Positions 51,306 to 62,836 of a DNA stretch of 64,000 bases are shown piece after piece. The DNA is taken from assembly GCA_964016885.1 (NCBI GenBank), contig OZ024742.1:103106001-103170000 (forward strand), read 5' to 3'. A program made the position numbers and the translations under genes. The notes beneath the pieces were generated by a model. It made no database searches, was not told the DNA's origin, and saw only the letters and a program-made list of their open reading frames with translations. The DNA comes from Eledone cirrhosa. Taxonomy: Eukaryota. Numbering within the stretch: position 1 is the stretch's first letter; every line of letters begins with the position of its first letter.

Positions 51306-51312
<7 letters not shown>
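50712..51312 (-). mobile_element. Second copy of the hammerhead-containing repeat, 466-bp period
   Basis: Homologous to 29561-30060; direct repeat at 50713 and 51179; (TA)n on both sides. Confidence 0.75.
50956..51000 (-). ncRNA. Minimal type I hammerhead ribozyme motif
   Basis: AACGGTG-CTGATGA-TAGCT-AACA-AGCTT-GAAA-CTAG-TA^CATCGTT: 7-bp stem I, intact core, palindromic ACTAGT stem III; U.U mismatch at the base of stem II. Confidence 0.7.
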
Positions 51313-51383
<71 letters not shown>

Positions 51384-51451
51384 AAGAGTGAGTAAAGAAT
51401 AATATGGTCGGCTGTACAAAAACAATAACTTGTTATCCCATATATATATAA

Positions 51452-51528
<77 letters not shown>

Positions 51529-51589
51529 AAAACAAGATGGTGTAGGACAGAACAAAGGAGAGGCACAAAAACAAAGAAAAGAATCCCCA

Positions 51590-51632
51590 GTCACTGAAGA
51601 GGTCACAGAATGTGTGACGAAAGAACTTTGAC
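51590..51632 (+). ncRNA. Minimal hammerhead ribozyme motif
   Basis: GTCA-CTGAAGA-G-GTCACA-GAATG-TGTGAC-GAAA-GAAC-TT^TGAC. Confidence 0.6.
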
Positions 51633-51865
51633 AATATATAAACAATCATCTGGTTGTGGAACCAACCGGAAATTTATAAATTCCTAAATTTATAAATTTA
51701 TTATAATAAATTGAAGTGAAAGCAACTGGTGGGTGTGTTTCTTATTGGCAACATGACCCTCCCAAAGTATATATATATATATATATAACGAAGGAAATGT
51801 GGTACGGAACCAGATGGACCATAACGCACCAAAGTACTCAATACTTAGGGTAGTAGAGTGGGTAA

Positions 51866-51990
51866 TAGGAACGAGTAGGACCCCGACGGCTGAACTCAAG
51901 CCGTTTCGACGGCTAATTTTGGACTAAAAATTTTAGTCCAGAATTAGCCGTCGAAACGGCTTGAGCTCAGCTGTCGGGTTCCTACTCGTT

Positions 51991-51995
<5 letters not shown>
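51866..51995. repeat. 64-bp-arm palindrome (4 mismatches) containing the 3' half of a hammerhead
   Basis: Arms compared by hand; contains GAAA-CGGC-TTGAGCTCA-GCTG-TC-GGG. Confidence 0.9.
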
Positions 51996-52060
<65 letters not shown>

Positions 52061-52061
<1 letters not shown>

Positions 52062-55055
52062 TGATGCTCGCTACCTCCCAAATAACCGACAGTGACTATA
52101 TAATTATTGCAGGCGACCTAAATGGTCATGTTGGACAACATTGTGACGGCTATGACGGAATCCATGGAGGCTATGGGTTCGGTACTAGAAATGAGGAAGG
52201 CTCCAGAATCCTGGAATTCTGTGACGCAAATAACCTAACTATCTGTAACACTAACTTCAAAAAACGAGACAATCACTTGATCACCTATAGATCGGGGGAA
52301 CACACAAGCCAGGTAGATTATATCCTTACCAGAAGACGTGACAGAGTGTCTGTTGTAAACACTAAATCCCTCCCCCATGAAGAATGCACCGCCCAACATA
52401 GACTGATAATTAGCGACCTCATAGTCAGAACGAGACGTACTAGACAGCAGAAGAGGACTATCCTCAGGAGAAAAATATGGAAGCTAAAGGACCCCAGAGC
52501 CAGAAATAAATTTCAAAGCATATTACTTGATGCTTTCGACAGTAAGGAAGAGCAATTAGAGTCGTATAATATAGAGGAACAGTGGGGATTCCTGAAAGCA
52601 AACCTGCTGACGGCGGCAGACGAAGTCTGTGGCTGGAACAGGCCTGTAGGTAGGAGGAGAGTAACATCGTGGTGGAACAGTAAGGTGGAGGAGTCAATTA
52701 AGGCCAAAAAGCAGGCTTGGAAAGTATGGCGGGATGGGGGAAGTAGAGAAGACTATCAAGTGGCCAGGAGGGAAGCTAGGACACAAGTGTACTTCGCAAG
52801 AAGGGAAGCAGAGGAAAGAAAGTTCAAGCATGTTCTACAGCGTGAGGACCAAAAATGTGAGGTGTTCAGGATGGCTAGGCAATGTGTCAAGGAAAACCGT
52901 GATATTGTCGGGGAGAAGTGTGTCCTTAATGATGATGGCGTACTTGCCATCACTGACGCTGATAAGAAGGTAGCTTGGAAGTGTCACTACGAAAGGCTTC
53001 TAAATGAGGAGAATAAATGGGAGAAAGACAGTCTCCCCCACATCGTCCCAATAGAGGGATCAGCAGTGTTAGTCGGAAATAGTTGCTGAGATGCTGAAAG
53101 CCTCTGGAACGGTGGGACACACCATGTCACCCGGATAGTAAACCAAGTCATACAGAATGGGGTTGTTCCGAAGGACTGGCGTAGCAGCATCATCATTAAC
53201 TGTTACAAGGGTAAAGGAGATGCCCTAGATAGGAGTAACTATAGAGGCATTAAATTAATCGACCATGTCATGAAGGTCACGGAAAAAGTAATAGCGCAAC
53301 TAATCAGAGAGAGAATTGATCTAGATGAAATGCAGTTCGGGTTTGTGTCAGGCAAAAGTACCACAGACGCTCTTTTCATTGTACGACAACTACAGGAGAA
53401 GTACCTAGCTAAAAGTAAACCCCTATACTTAGCTTTTGTTGACTTGGAGAAAGCCTTCGACAGAGTCCCCCGTTCCATTATCTGGTGGGCTCTTAGAAAA
53501 CAAGGTGTTGACGAATGGCTTGTGAGAGCTAGACAAGCCATGTATAAAGAAACAGTCAGCAAGGTTAGAATTAACAACGAATATAGTGAAGAGTTTAGTG
53601 TAAAAGTTGGTGTTCATCAGGGCTCTGTTCTTAGCCCCCTACTATTTATTATTGCCCTTCAGGCTATAACAGTGGAGTTCAAGACCGGCTGCCCATGGGA
53701 ACTCCTATACGCAGATGATCTAACGCTCATAGCTGAATCAATGGCCGAGCTAGAGAAGAAATTCCAAACATGGAAGCACGGCCTAGAATCAAAAGGCCTT
53801 AAAATTAACCTGGCTAAGACTAAAGTTCTAGTTTGTAGGAAAGAAAATATGGCGCCGGTCCCTTCCGGGAAATGGCCATGCTCAGTGTGTAGGAAAGGCG
53901 TAGGTAGAAACTCCATTTTATGTCCCAAATGCAAAGTATGGGTGCATAAAAGATGTAGTGGGATCACAGGTAAGCTAACTAAGAACAGATTTTACATGTG
54001 GCCGGTGCTCTGGTGCAATAAGTAGCAGCAAGTGCCCACAGAATACTAGCTCTTTCAATTGCGCAGAGGGTTCTATAGAAATAGTGGACAGCTTCCGTTA
54101 CCTGGGTGACAAAATCAGCAGTGGGGGAGGGTGCTCTGAAAGTACAGTAGCTAGAGTCAGAACTGGATGGAAAAAAGTTCAGAGAGCTTATACCACTATT
54201 AGCCGCTAAAGGGTTCTCCCTAAAAATGAAAGGCAGGCTGTATGATGCCTGCATACGAACAGCAATGTTGCATGGCAGTGAGACCTGGGCATTGCGTGCA
54301 GAGGATATACGCAAACTAGAGAGGAACGAAGCTTGCATGCTCCGCTGGATGTGTAATAGTAATATACGTGAACGGCAAAGCATAAACGAACTAAGGGAAA
54401 AATTAGAAATAAGAGGGATCAGATGTTGTTTACTCGAGAGAAGGCTACGTTGGTATGGTCACGTGATGCGCATGAAAGACGACAGCTGTATAAAAAAGTG
54501 CAGGGCAATAAAGATAGACGGTAGCCACGGAGTAGGCAGACCCAGAAAAACCTGGGACGAGCTGATAAATTCCGACCTCACACACTTACACCTCTCCAAG
54601 ACAATGTCACTGGACCGAGATCTTTGGCGGTACTCAGTAATAGAGAAGACCTGCCTTGCCTAAATACAAAGTAAACCTACTACAGTCAGTAGGCATCTCT
54701 AACAAAATACGCCCCCGTCCCACCACCCCCACCCCATCCACACCGCCCCCTTCTATGTAAAGTTATGTTGGTGCCATACCATCCAGGCCGAAACAAATGA
54801 GATCGTGTAGGTGTCACGACAAAAAAACACACAGTCCACGCTGTAATGTGGCCGTGTAGGCAACACGGTAAAAACCTCCCAGACCCACACTGTAAATGTG
54901 GTTGGTGTTAGGAAGGGCATCCAGCTGTAGAAAACCCGCCAGACAGTCCTATGCGAGCAAGACAATCACTCTTGCCTCAAGTGGGAAAACCCCCGTCCAA
55001 ACCCATGCAAGCGTGGAACATGGACGTTAAACGTTGATGATGATGGTGATGATGA

Positions 55056-55058
<3 letters not shown>
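52061..55058 (+). mobile_element. 5'-truncated, decayed RTE-clade LINE (APE, RT, PHD finger) with (GAT)n tail, inside (TA)n
   Basis: GDLNGHVG, SQVDYIL, DLEKAFDRVPR, GVHQGSVLSPLLF, YADD, RLRWYGHV, GRPRKTW; 3' UTR TGGTTGGTGTTAGGAAGGGCATCCAGC; (TA)n at 51993-52060 and 55058-55092. Confidence 0.9.
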
Positions 55059-55095
<37 letters not shown>

Positions 55096-55915
55096 GATAA
55101 CAGTTATCGTTTTTGTACAGCCGACCATGATATTCTTCATTTGGATGTGCATGGTCCTATGTAGGAGCATGGGCGCAGGCAATTCCCCACCTCTCCATAG
55201 AGACATGCATGAGTCTGTGTGAGCGCAAGTGTGACGGTGTACGGATGTGCATGTGTAGTTATATGTTTACATATATATGTATGTTTATATGTATATGTAT
55301 GTTTCTGCACACGACTGTGCATGCATGTGCACTTAAGTGCTCGATTTACGATTGTGTTTAGGTGTGCTTAAGGACAGGGCCCCATTGGCCAGTGGGGAAC
55401 CACCTTCCTGCCCCCACAAAAAATGTTTACCTCCTTCAAGGCCCAAGTAAGGGATCTCATAACTTAACTAGCACAGGGCCTCATTTGTCCTAAATCCGGC
55501 ACTGTCCCCAGTATACTGATGTGTGCAGTATGCATACACATATATACCTCACCTTTGGTTACCGAACCTTATAATACACTTTCCTTATTTTAAAACCCTT
55601 ATATTTTACCTGATCTTATTTGATCCTATTTACTAATTTATTTAATCTGCTAATTTACTTCTATATAACTCACTATTAACTCATCACTTAAAAATACCCT
55701 TTCAGGCTTTCAGTCTTTAAATAACCCTCCCCACTAACCACTCATACCTCCACCCACTCTATTTCCTTCCCCTGACTCCCTTGTCTGTCAGGATAAATTT
55801 ACCACTGTCAGTCCCTCCACGTCCTGCACCTGATCAGTTCACTACTTTGATAAACTCAACCAAAGCACTGCCAAGGCCAGTGACCTGTTCTTTATACCCT
55901 ACAAATATTACTACA

Positions 55916-55971
55916 CCTCCGGCGAGGCTTGCTGAACACACAAGCCGAAACCGCTTGGCGCCGCGGTCGGG
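55916..55971 (+). ncRNA. Degenerate hammerhead motif
   Basis: CCGGCGA (mutated CTGANGA)-GGCTTG/CAAGCC-GAAA-CCGC/GCGG-TC^GGG. Confidence 0.5.
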
Positions 55972-56304
55972 ATTTTACATCTCTCTCTCTCTAATATATA
56001 TATATAGGTTTAGATTGATATCCAGTAATTTCGATCTTGTTTACAATTTGGTCAACAAATTCGTTTAGAGCATACGCGAAGGAGTAATTGTAATACAACA
56101 TCCCAACCAGTAGCCTAAAACTATGAAAACAATGTAATTATTGCATCGAGGGATTAACATATAAAAACGTTAAAATACTCACAATTTCATCTGCTAAATA
56201 GTGTGTCTTGTTAAGTTGGAGTTTCGCTTGTTTATCACAGGGTCATCAGACAAATTCTTAAAAACTGTACCTTCGGTATTGAGTACTCTTTTCTCTTAGC
56301 CGTC

Positions 56305-56360
<56 letters not shown>

Positions 56361-56382
56361 CGCACACGCACACGCACACACG

Positions 56383-56415
<33 letters not shown>

Positions 56416-56629
56416 GACATTGAAATATGAGAGCGGTTAGTTGCAATGGGTGGTAGGATGGAGGATCTGTGGGAGAGGTTTTGCAAAATTCAAGTGGTAA
56501 CGAATGTGTGGTGCTTTATCTTATGGCAGGCAATAACCATTTCGTTTAGTTTTTGTAAGAATCAAGTATAAACTCCCGAGGTTATGGTGCTTTTTTATTG
56601 TGGTAGTTTGAACTTTTATAGGTTAATGA

Positions 56630-57492
56630 ATTGGGCTCATTGTCCCCGAGGGGGTCTCCTTGCTGAATTGAAATGAAAGTAAATGTGCCTCACTGTATCT
56701 TCATCTGTACTACATGAATAACAACTAACTCGAAATTCATTTTATTGGACTACCAATTATTGAAGCTATGACGCTTTGCTGCATTACAATAGCCAAATTC
56801 AATACATGACTCGTCGGGGCTTACTGTCCCCTGGGAGTCCCCTTGCTTGTTCCGGGTATAGACAGTGTCTTCAACACCATCTTTAGGCAATGGGTAACCA
56901 ATGTGTCCGGTAAAGTTAAAATCGAACCTAAACTTCAAAAGTTATCAGGTTAATGTGAACTTCAATAGATAAGACGAAGGGGTTTACTCCCCCCCCCCCG
57001 GGGGTACCCTCGATAAGTTCAAGTAAAAGTTCATGTGTTCACCTTCCTTTATAAGCCATGGGTAACCAATACGTCTCGCTTCGTGAAAACCAAACACCAA
57101 CTCAAGCAGTTATGACGTTTTGTTGCATTGATATCAACTTCAACATTTATCAAGTCGGTTTACTGCCCCCCAAGGGGTCCCCTACCTGAATTTCTGCGCA
57201 AGTGCATGCCTGCAAATTTATTTGTAGGCTATAAGCAAACAAAAGATTAATTTTGGTGAAGATGGGAGGCAAACAGCAGGAATTATGGGGCCTTTATGCA
57301 GTAGTACTGCTGACTCCAAGCGAGAGGCTTAAGGGGGTTATCTACCCCCCCCCCCCGGGGGGGGGGGGGCATAATCGATGTACGGAAAAATAAAATAGCT
57401 TACGACGCTATGAAATTTGGTGCAAATCGGTTGTAAAATGTAGAAATGCATGCGGTTACACAGACAGACAGACATTTATATATATAGATAGA
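56630..57492 (-). mobile_element. Probable non-autonomous Helitron-like element with an internal ~170-bp repeat
   Basis: Minus strand starts TCTATCTATATATATAAATGTCTGTCTGTCTG...CCGATTTGCACCAAATTT; internal repeats TTACT..CCCC..GGG.GT.CCCT and TGGGTAACCAAT. Confidence 0.45.
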
Positions 57493-58447
57493 AATAAATC
57501 AGATACATACATATAAACAATTAATAGACAGATAGGGAATGTTGTTCAATAAAATGTACAGAAAAAGAAAGCAGTATTAGAAAGGACCATAAATGCCATA
57601 AATGAGAGGAAAAGGTGCGACTATTAGGCAACAGAATGAAGAAAGGAGGAAAGGGAGAGGGTGAAAGACTTTACACCGAGGTCAGAGTGGTGTTTCGGTT
57701 GCGCTCCGCGGATAAAACTGCAAAGGCATTTCCGTGGACAATGGCCAGCATCACCCATCTCAGCAGTCACCCACTTCGTGGGGCTCCTTCCTCAGACGGG
57801 TTGCTGCCATTTAAATTTTATGGAGGAGATCAGCTGTACATGTATTTATATGTATTTGTATATGCACGCGTGTATGGAGAGTAACTTCTTATCCAAAATT
57901 ACTTTCATTTACAACTTCCTACAATTCTATATTCTATATAGAAACCATCGCTCTTAAATTAAAGAATACAACCCGAAATTCTCAGTTGAATAATCAACTA
58001 GCTCCATTAGAATAAATACAAAACTCGTTACTATTTAGTTTCAAAATTCAGTTTCTCTCCTTCTAGTCATAGGTCTTAACCAATTGTAAATACAATGTTC
58101 ATTCCGACTAAGGAAAGAGCTCTCTGAGTTGGAGTGGCTGATGCAGCGGGTGTCGCTGGCTGTTCTCTATGGCAGTGTCTTCGCCATTTTGTTCGCAGGG
58201 TGAAGCTAAGATATACTGTCCAGGTTGAGATGCATTGTCTACCGCTCCCCCATCTCTTTACTTTCGTTATTTCTATTTTTTATTTCAAAAGTTATATTGA
58301 AATTTGTTGAATAAATATGAGACCAATGCAGAAAACATCCACATATCTCTCACATAAACATATGTTTAACTGTCAACACACCGTACTGCATGACACCACA
58401 TTAGCAAGACTTTCTGGAACAGTACAAAACAGCACTATGACTACATC

Positions 58448-58856
58448 CAGGGCTGGATTAAACATTAAGCAAAATAAGCGCATACATAGGGCATCAAGTA
58501 AAAAAATTAAATGTATTTGTCATTCTAGCAGTAGAGAAGTTGTCACATCCTTGACAAAATGAAAGTGTCTTCTCAGCCCAACGTTGTCTCTGTGCACCAA
58601 CCACTTTATAGACTGCAGGGTGCATTTTAGTGTGGCGCCAGTATTTGAAGGATTGCCTTGTTCCCTACAGTTTGATAAACCGTTAAACAAGATAAACACA
58701 TGTTTAGGGCATCAAAGGAAGAGAGGTACCATTTTATTCAAATCACATGTATTTGTCACCCCAATTTTTGTTGTAGGTTTTTATATATGTTGCGGGGTGG
58801 GTAAAGACTGTAATCTTTACGTGCTAAGGGCCAAAAGAAAACTTATTCCGGTCCTG
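58448..58856. mobile_element. hAT-type MITE
   Basis: Imperfect TIRs CAGGGCTGGATTA / TATTCCGGTCCTG; 8-bp TSD ACTACATC / ACTGCATC. Confidence 0.75.
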
Positions 58857-60342
58857 ACTGCATCACATTAAAAATTAAAATATATTCTCTAATTCTGCAA
58901 ATTTCCACAACGATAATGTATATATTTATAAACAAAGTTACTATAAATCAAATTTTAAGTACTTTCATCATTTCAGGTTAAACAAGACACAAGCCAAAGT
59001 ACTCACGTTTGTACTGCTATAAAGTTTCAAATAATATTATGAACAGAACAATGAAATACACCTCCATATGAATAACAACCCACACCTACTTATAACTAAG
59101 AAAACCACACATAACAAGAAAATCACATCCCAATACCAGAACTGAAACATATATACAGATAGAAAAATAGAGCGGTCCATCGTAAATAGAAGAGAAAATT
59201 TCTGAAACTTCGAAGTCACTGACACGCTCTTCTCAATAAAATAAATTTTACACTTTGGTTACATATATTGAGTGTTCATTCCGATACTCTTTGAAACTTT
59301 TATGTATACAAATATTTAAAAAACTCACTTTAATACAATAGAGGCATATATGAAAGCTTATATAATATGTTTATGTATAATAAACATATAAATGTCTTGC
59401 TGTGTGTATTTTAAACTGTGATCATGTCATAGCTACCTCAGTGACTGTGAGAACGCAAACATTAGTGTTTCAAGGTTTTTATCCATCTTTAGTGATGTTT
59501 ATTCACTCGGTACTGTGGCAAAATTAGCTGATTGTATATATAGATTTTGCAAATAAAAATGTATTTGTCATTCCCTCAAAACATTTTTTCGCAGACTTTA
59601 TATATAGATGGGGTGGAGGGTACCCATAATCTTCAAGTGCTTGGGGTCTCAACAGGACATAATCCTGTCTTGACCTCATATCTCAACACCATTCGACTAG
59701 AACAGCATAAAATATTGTAGTTCGATATATTCGTTTGTTTACTATATACAAAGGTATTTTAGAAATGTACCTAATGCCCTGTAAAGTGTTCAGCTGCGCT
59801 TTACAGTGACACCTTCACAATTACATGCAGCTGGTTGTCTCCACTATTGTTGAAACCTCCGGACAAAGCACTGTACTGGGATCCCCTAAGCCTCTCACCC
59901 GCGGCACAGAAATAATACATTTTTCTAATATTGACACAAGGCCAACAATTTGCAGGAAGTTCCTGTTATTCAATTAACAGACCTATCTATTCATGAAATT
60001 AACATGCAAGTGTCTGAGCATTCCATAGACACGTGTACTCTTAACTGGTAATATATGTTATCGACAACAGAAGGTTGAAAGGCAAAGTTGATATCGGCGT
60101 GATTTGAACTCAAAACATAGAAAATTGTAACTAAATGCCACGAAGCATTTTGTTCGACGCTCTACCGATACTGCCAATTCACCGCCCTCAACACCCAGCA
60201 ATAATAATATGAATATTGGGTCCCGAGTAAGGCGGGACCCCAGGCAACTGCCCAGTGTACCCATGCGATAAGACGGTCCTGGTTATAGAATGGGAGTAGC
60301 GCCCCCCTACAGTTAGTATGTGTTTATAGTGATAATGTTGCG

Positions 60343-60630
60343 TATGAGGGTCGACTGAAAAGTTCATAGACTGACCAAGATACTCTTATGAAATGACTAA
60401 ATAAGGTTTATTTTTCAACATAGTCCCTGGAAACAAACAATGCAGTTATGAATAAGGAAGAGTTGAAATTAATGCATGCAAGATTTCACAGCTTTAGCAT
60501 CTCTCCTTCATAGTCAGCCGGCTTAAAAGTTCATAGGCTGAAAAGTTCATAGGCTAACCAAGATACTCTCATGAAATGACTAAATGAGGTTTATTTTTCA
60601 ACATAGTTCCTGGAAAGAAACAATGCAGTT
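60343..60630 (+). mobile_element. Mariner-type MITE with a partial tandem duplication
   Basis: TATGAGGGTCGACTGAAAAGTTCATAGACTGAC; homologous to 9249-9468; 60356-60448 repeated at 60538-60630. Confidence 0.65.
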
Positions 60631-61033
60631 GAAATCCATCTAGACTCGAGGTGTCTCTTGATAAGTTCCAAGCCTCGTGGATAAATCCAGGATCAGATAT
60701 ATCCGCATAAAAGGAACGAAACTGTCGGCAGTCGAGGCTTGAGGAATTTTGGTAAAGTTTATATGCATTTTTTCTTCTAACTTCTATTTTAAACCTAACT
60801 CCGTTTAGTTGATTATTTGTCTAGTCATTTTCTACTGGCTAAAAGGAATGACTAGATAAATTTTATCTGGCTGTCCTTCGCGGAAGATAGTCTGTATCAT
60901 TTGTCTATTATTTCTTCATAGTGACATTTTAAACTTATAGGCCTCGTTTAAATGATTATTTATGTGGTTGATTTCAACGGACTAGGGAGAGGAAAGACTG
61001 TATATATTATATCTAATAATTCTTCAAATTTTC

Positions 61034-61108
<75 letters not shown>

Positions 61109-61190
61109 ATAAATAAACAGAGAACAAAAAACAGAGAGGCAGTACAAATGATATTAGTATTAGTTTCACATTTGAGAGTGAGGGGGGGCA

Positions 61191-61220
61191 CGACGTTTCG
61201 GGCATAAGCCCTTCACCAGG
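61191..61220 (-). ncRNA. Penelope-type minimal hammerhead motif
   Basis: CTGGTGA-A-GGGC-TTAT-GCCC-GAAA-CG-TC (one core mismatch). Confidence 0.6.
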
Positions 61221-61328
61221 AGAAAGGTGGGTAGGAAGAGAGTTCCGAGGGTGTGTGTGGGAGTGGTGGAAAGACATTAAAAATGGGGGGGGGGGGGGCA
61301 ATATTTTTAGAGAGTAAAGGAAATTTCA

Positions 61329-61369
<41 letters not shown>

Positions 61370-61408
61370 TTCAAAATATTAACAAAATAGATATTCTTGT
61401 GATCAAGT

Positions 61409-61476
61409 ATATTTTATTATACATATTTCAGAGATACTGAGTTAACTTCAACAGTACGTCCTCATCAGATAAAATA
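61409..61476 (-). ncRNA. Hammerhead motif downstream of a possible Penelope ORF relic (about 61480-62820, minus)
   Basis: TATTTTAT-CTGATGA-GGACGTACTG...CAGTATCTCT-GAAA-TATGTA-TA^ATAAAATA with an 8-bp stem I; upstream broken peptide GYIGYIDNCLKT resembles the YIG motif. Confidence 0.5.
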
Positions 61477-62836
61477 AGATGATGCATGACATACCCTGAC
61501 ATAGTAGATGGTTAAGATTCAGTCATGGTAGTGAGTAATATATGACAAAACTCAATATTTATATACCTTAATATTGAAACATGAAAAAAAGCTACATATA
61601 ATAGAGAGGGTGCGTGTGAGAAAGCTTAAAAAATACATAGCAGTAATATAACTGTTAGAGATTCAAATAATTTAAATTACTGAAGAAAGAGGAAAGAAAA
61701 GAAAGGCATAGAGAAAGAAACAGATGAGGGGATAATATAGCTAGTAAGAGCATAGAAAGCAAAAGAGAGTTGATTACAGAGAGAGAGATAAAGAGGTATA
61801 ATTTCTATAGTGTAATATATAGGGAGATATTAATTAGAACAACATTTGGGCTTAGCTTTAGGAAAAAGAAAAAACCTCAATTTATTGAATTATTGAATTA
61901 TCTAAAAGTATTCATCAATCGAAATTTTAAATATAATTGGGTGTATTCATATGAAGGTTAATACCAAGTCTTTAGACAATTATCTATATATCCAATATAT
62001 ATCCAAACATATCTGGCTGACCGTTAACATTCAAATCATTTAATTTAAGTTAGTTCAGAGTAATGAATAATATTTTAGGTTATAAAAGTTAATAAATATC
62101 TGTATTAATATTAAAGTATACTATCATATTTAATTTATAAAATCAAATTTTATGAAATCAAATTTAAAAGATGTACAAATACGAGAAAGAAAACATAATG
62201 TTTTTACATCCTCACGAAGGTAAACTTTACTAAATTTATTATATAATATTAAATTATTTATATTATATTGAAAATAGTTTACATTATATAATTTAGAAAA
62301 TAGTTACAGTTATAATTTTTAAAGAATTTTAAGATTAACAATTTGAATGCCTAAAGGATCAACAGGCCTTATAATTAAACATAAAAAAGTTTGATTATTA
62401 AATTATATATATGCGTTTATCAAAAAAATATACACAAAGATTATATTGTCTAAAGATTAAGATGATACCTCTCAATTATACATAACATAATACAATACAA
62501 TAAATAAGTTACTGATAATATTGTTAAAATTAATGTTTTAGATCAATTATTATAATAGGATCATTTAATAGATATATACTATAAATATACAAGTCAAAAC
62601 TTCATGAATCCTAAGGATAAGGACTAGATTCAAAATAAAAAGTGAAAAAGTAAAAACAATGAATTGTTTGCGATCATAAAAGTGCCCAATATAAAAAAAT
62701 ATAGTTTAAAAAGTGCAAGAGATTTTTTTTTAAAATTTATGTAGTAGACTAACAACACTTCTAAAGTGTCCACAAAGATGATAGAAAGAGGAGCTAAGGA
62801 TTTCAATGACCCGAAGGTAACCAGAATTTAATTAAA

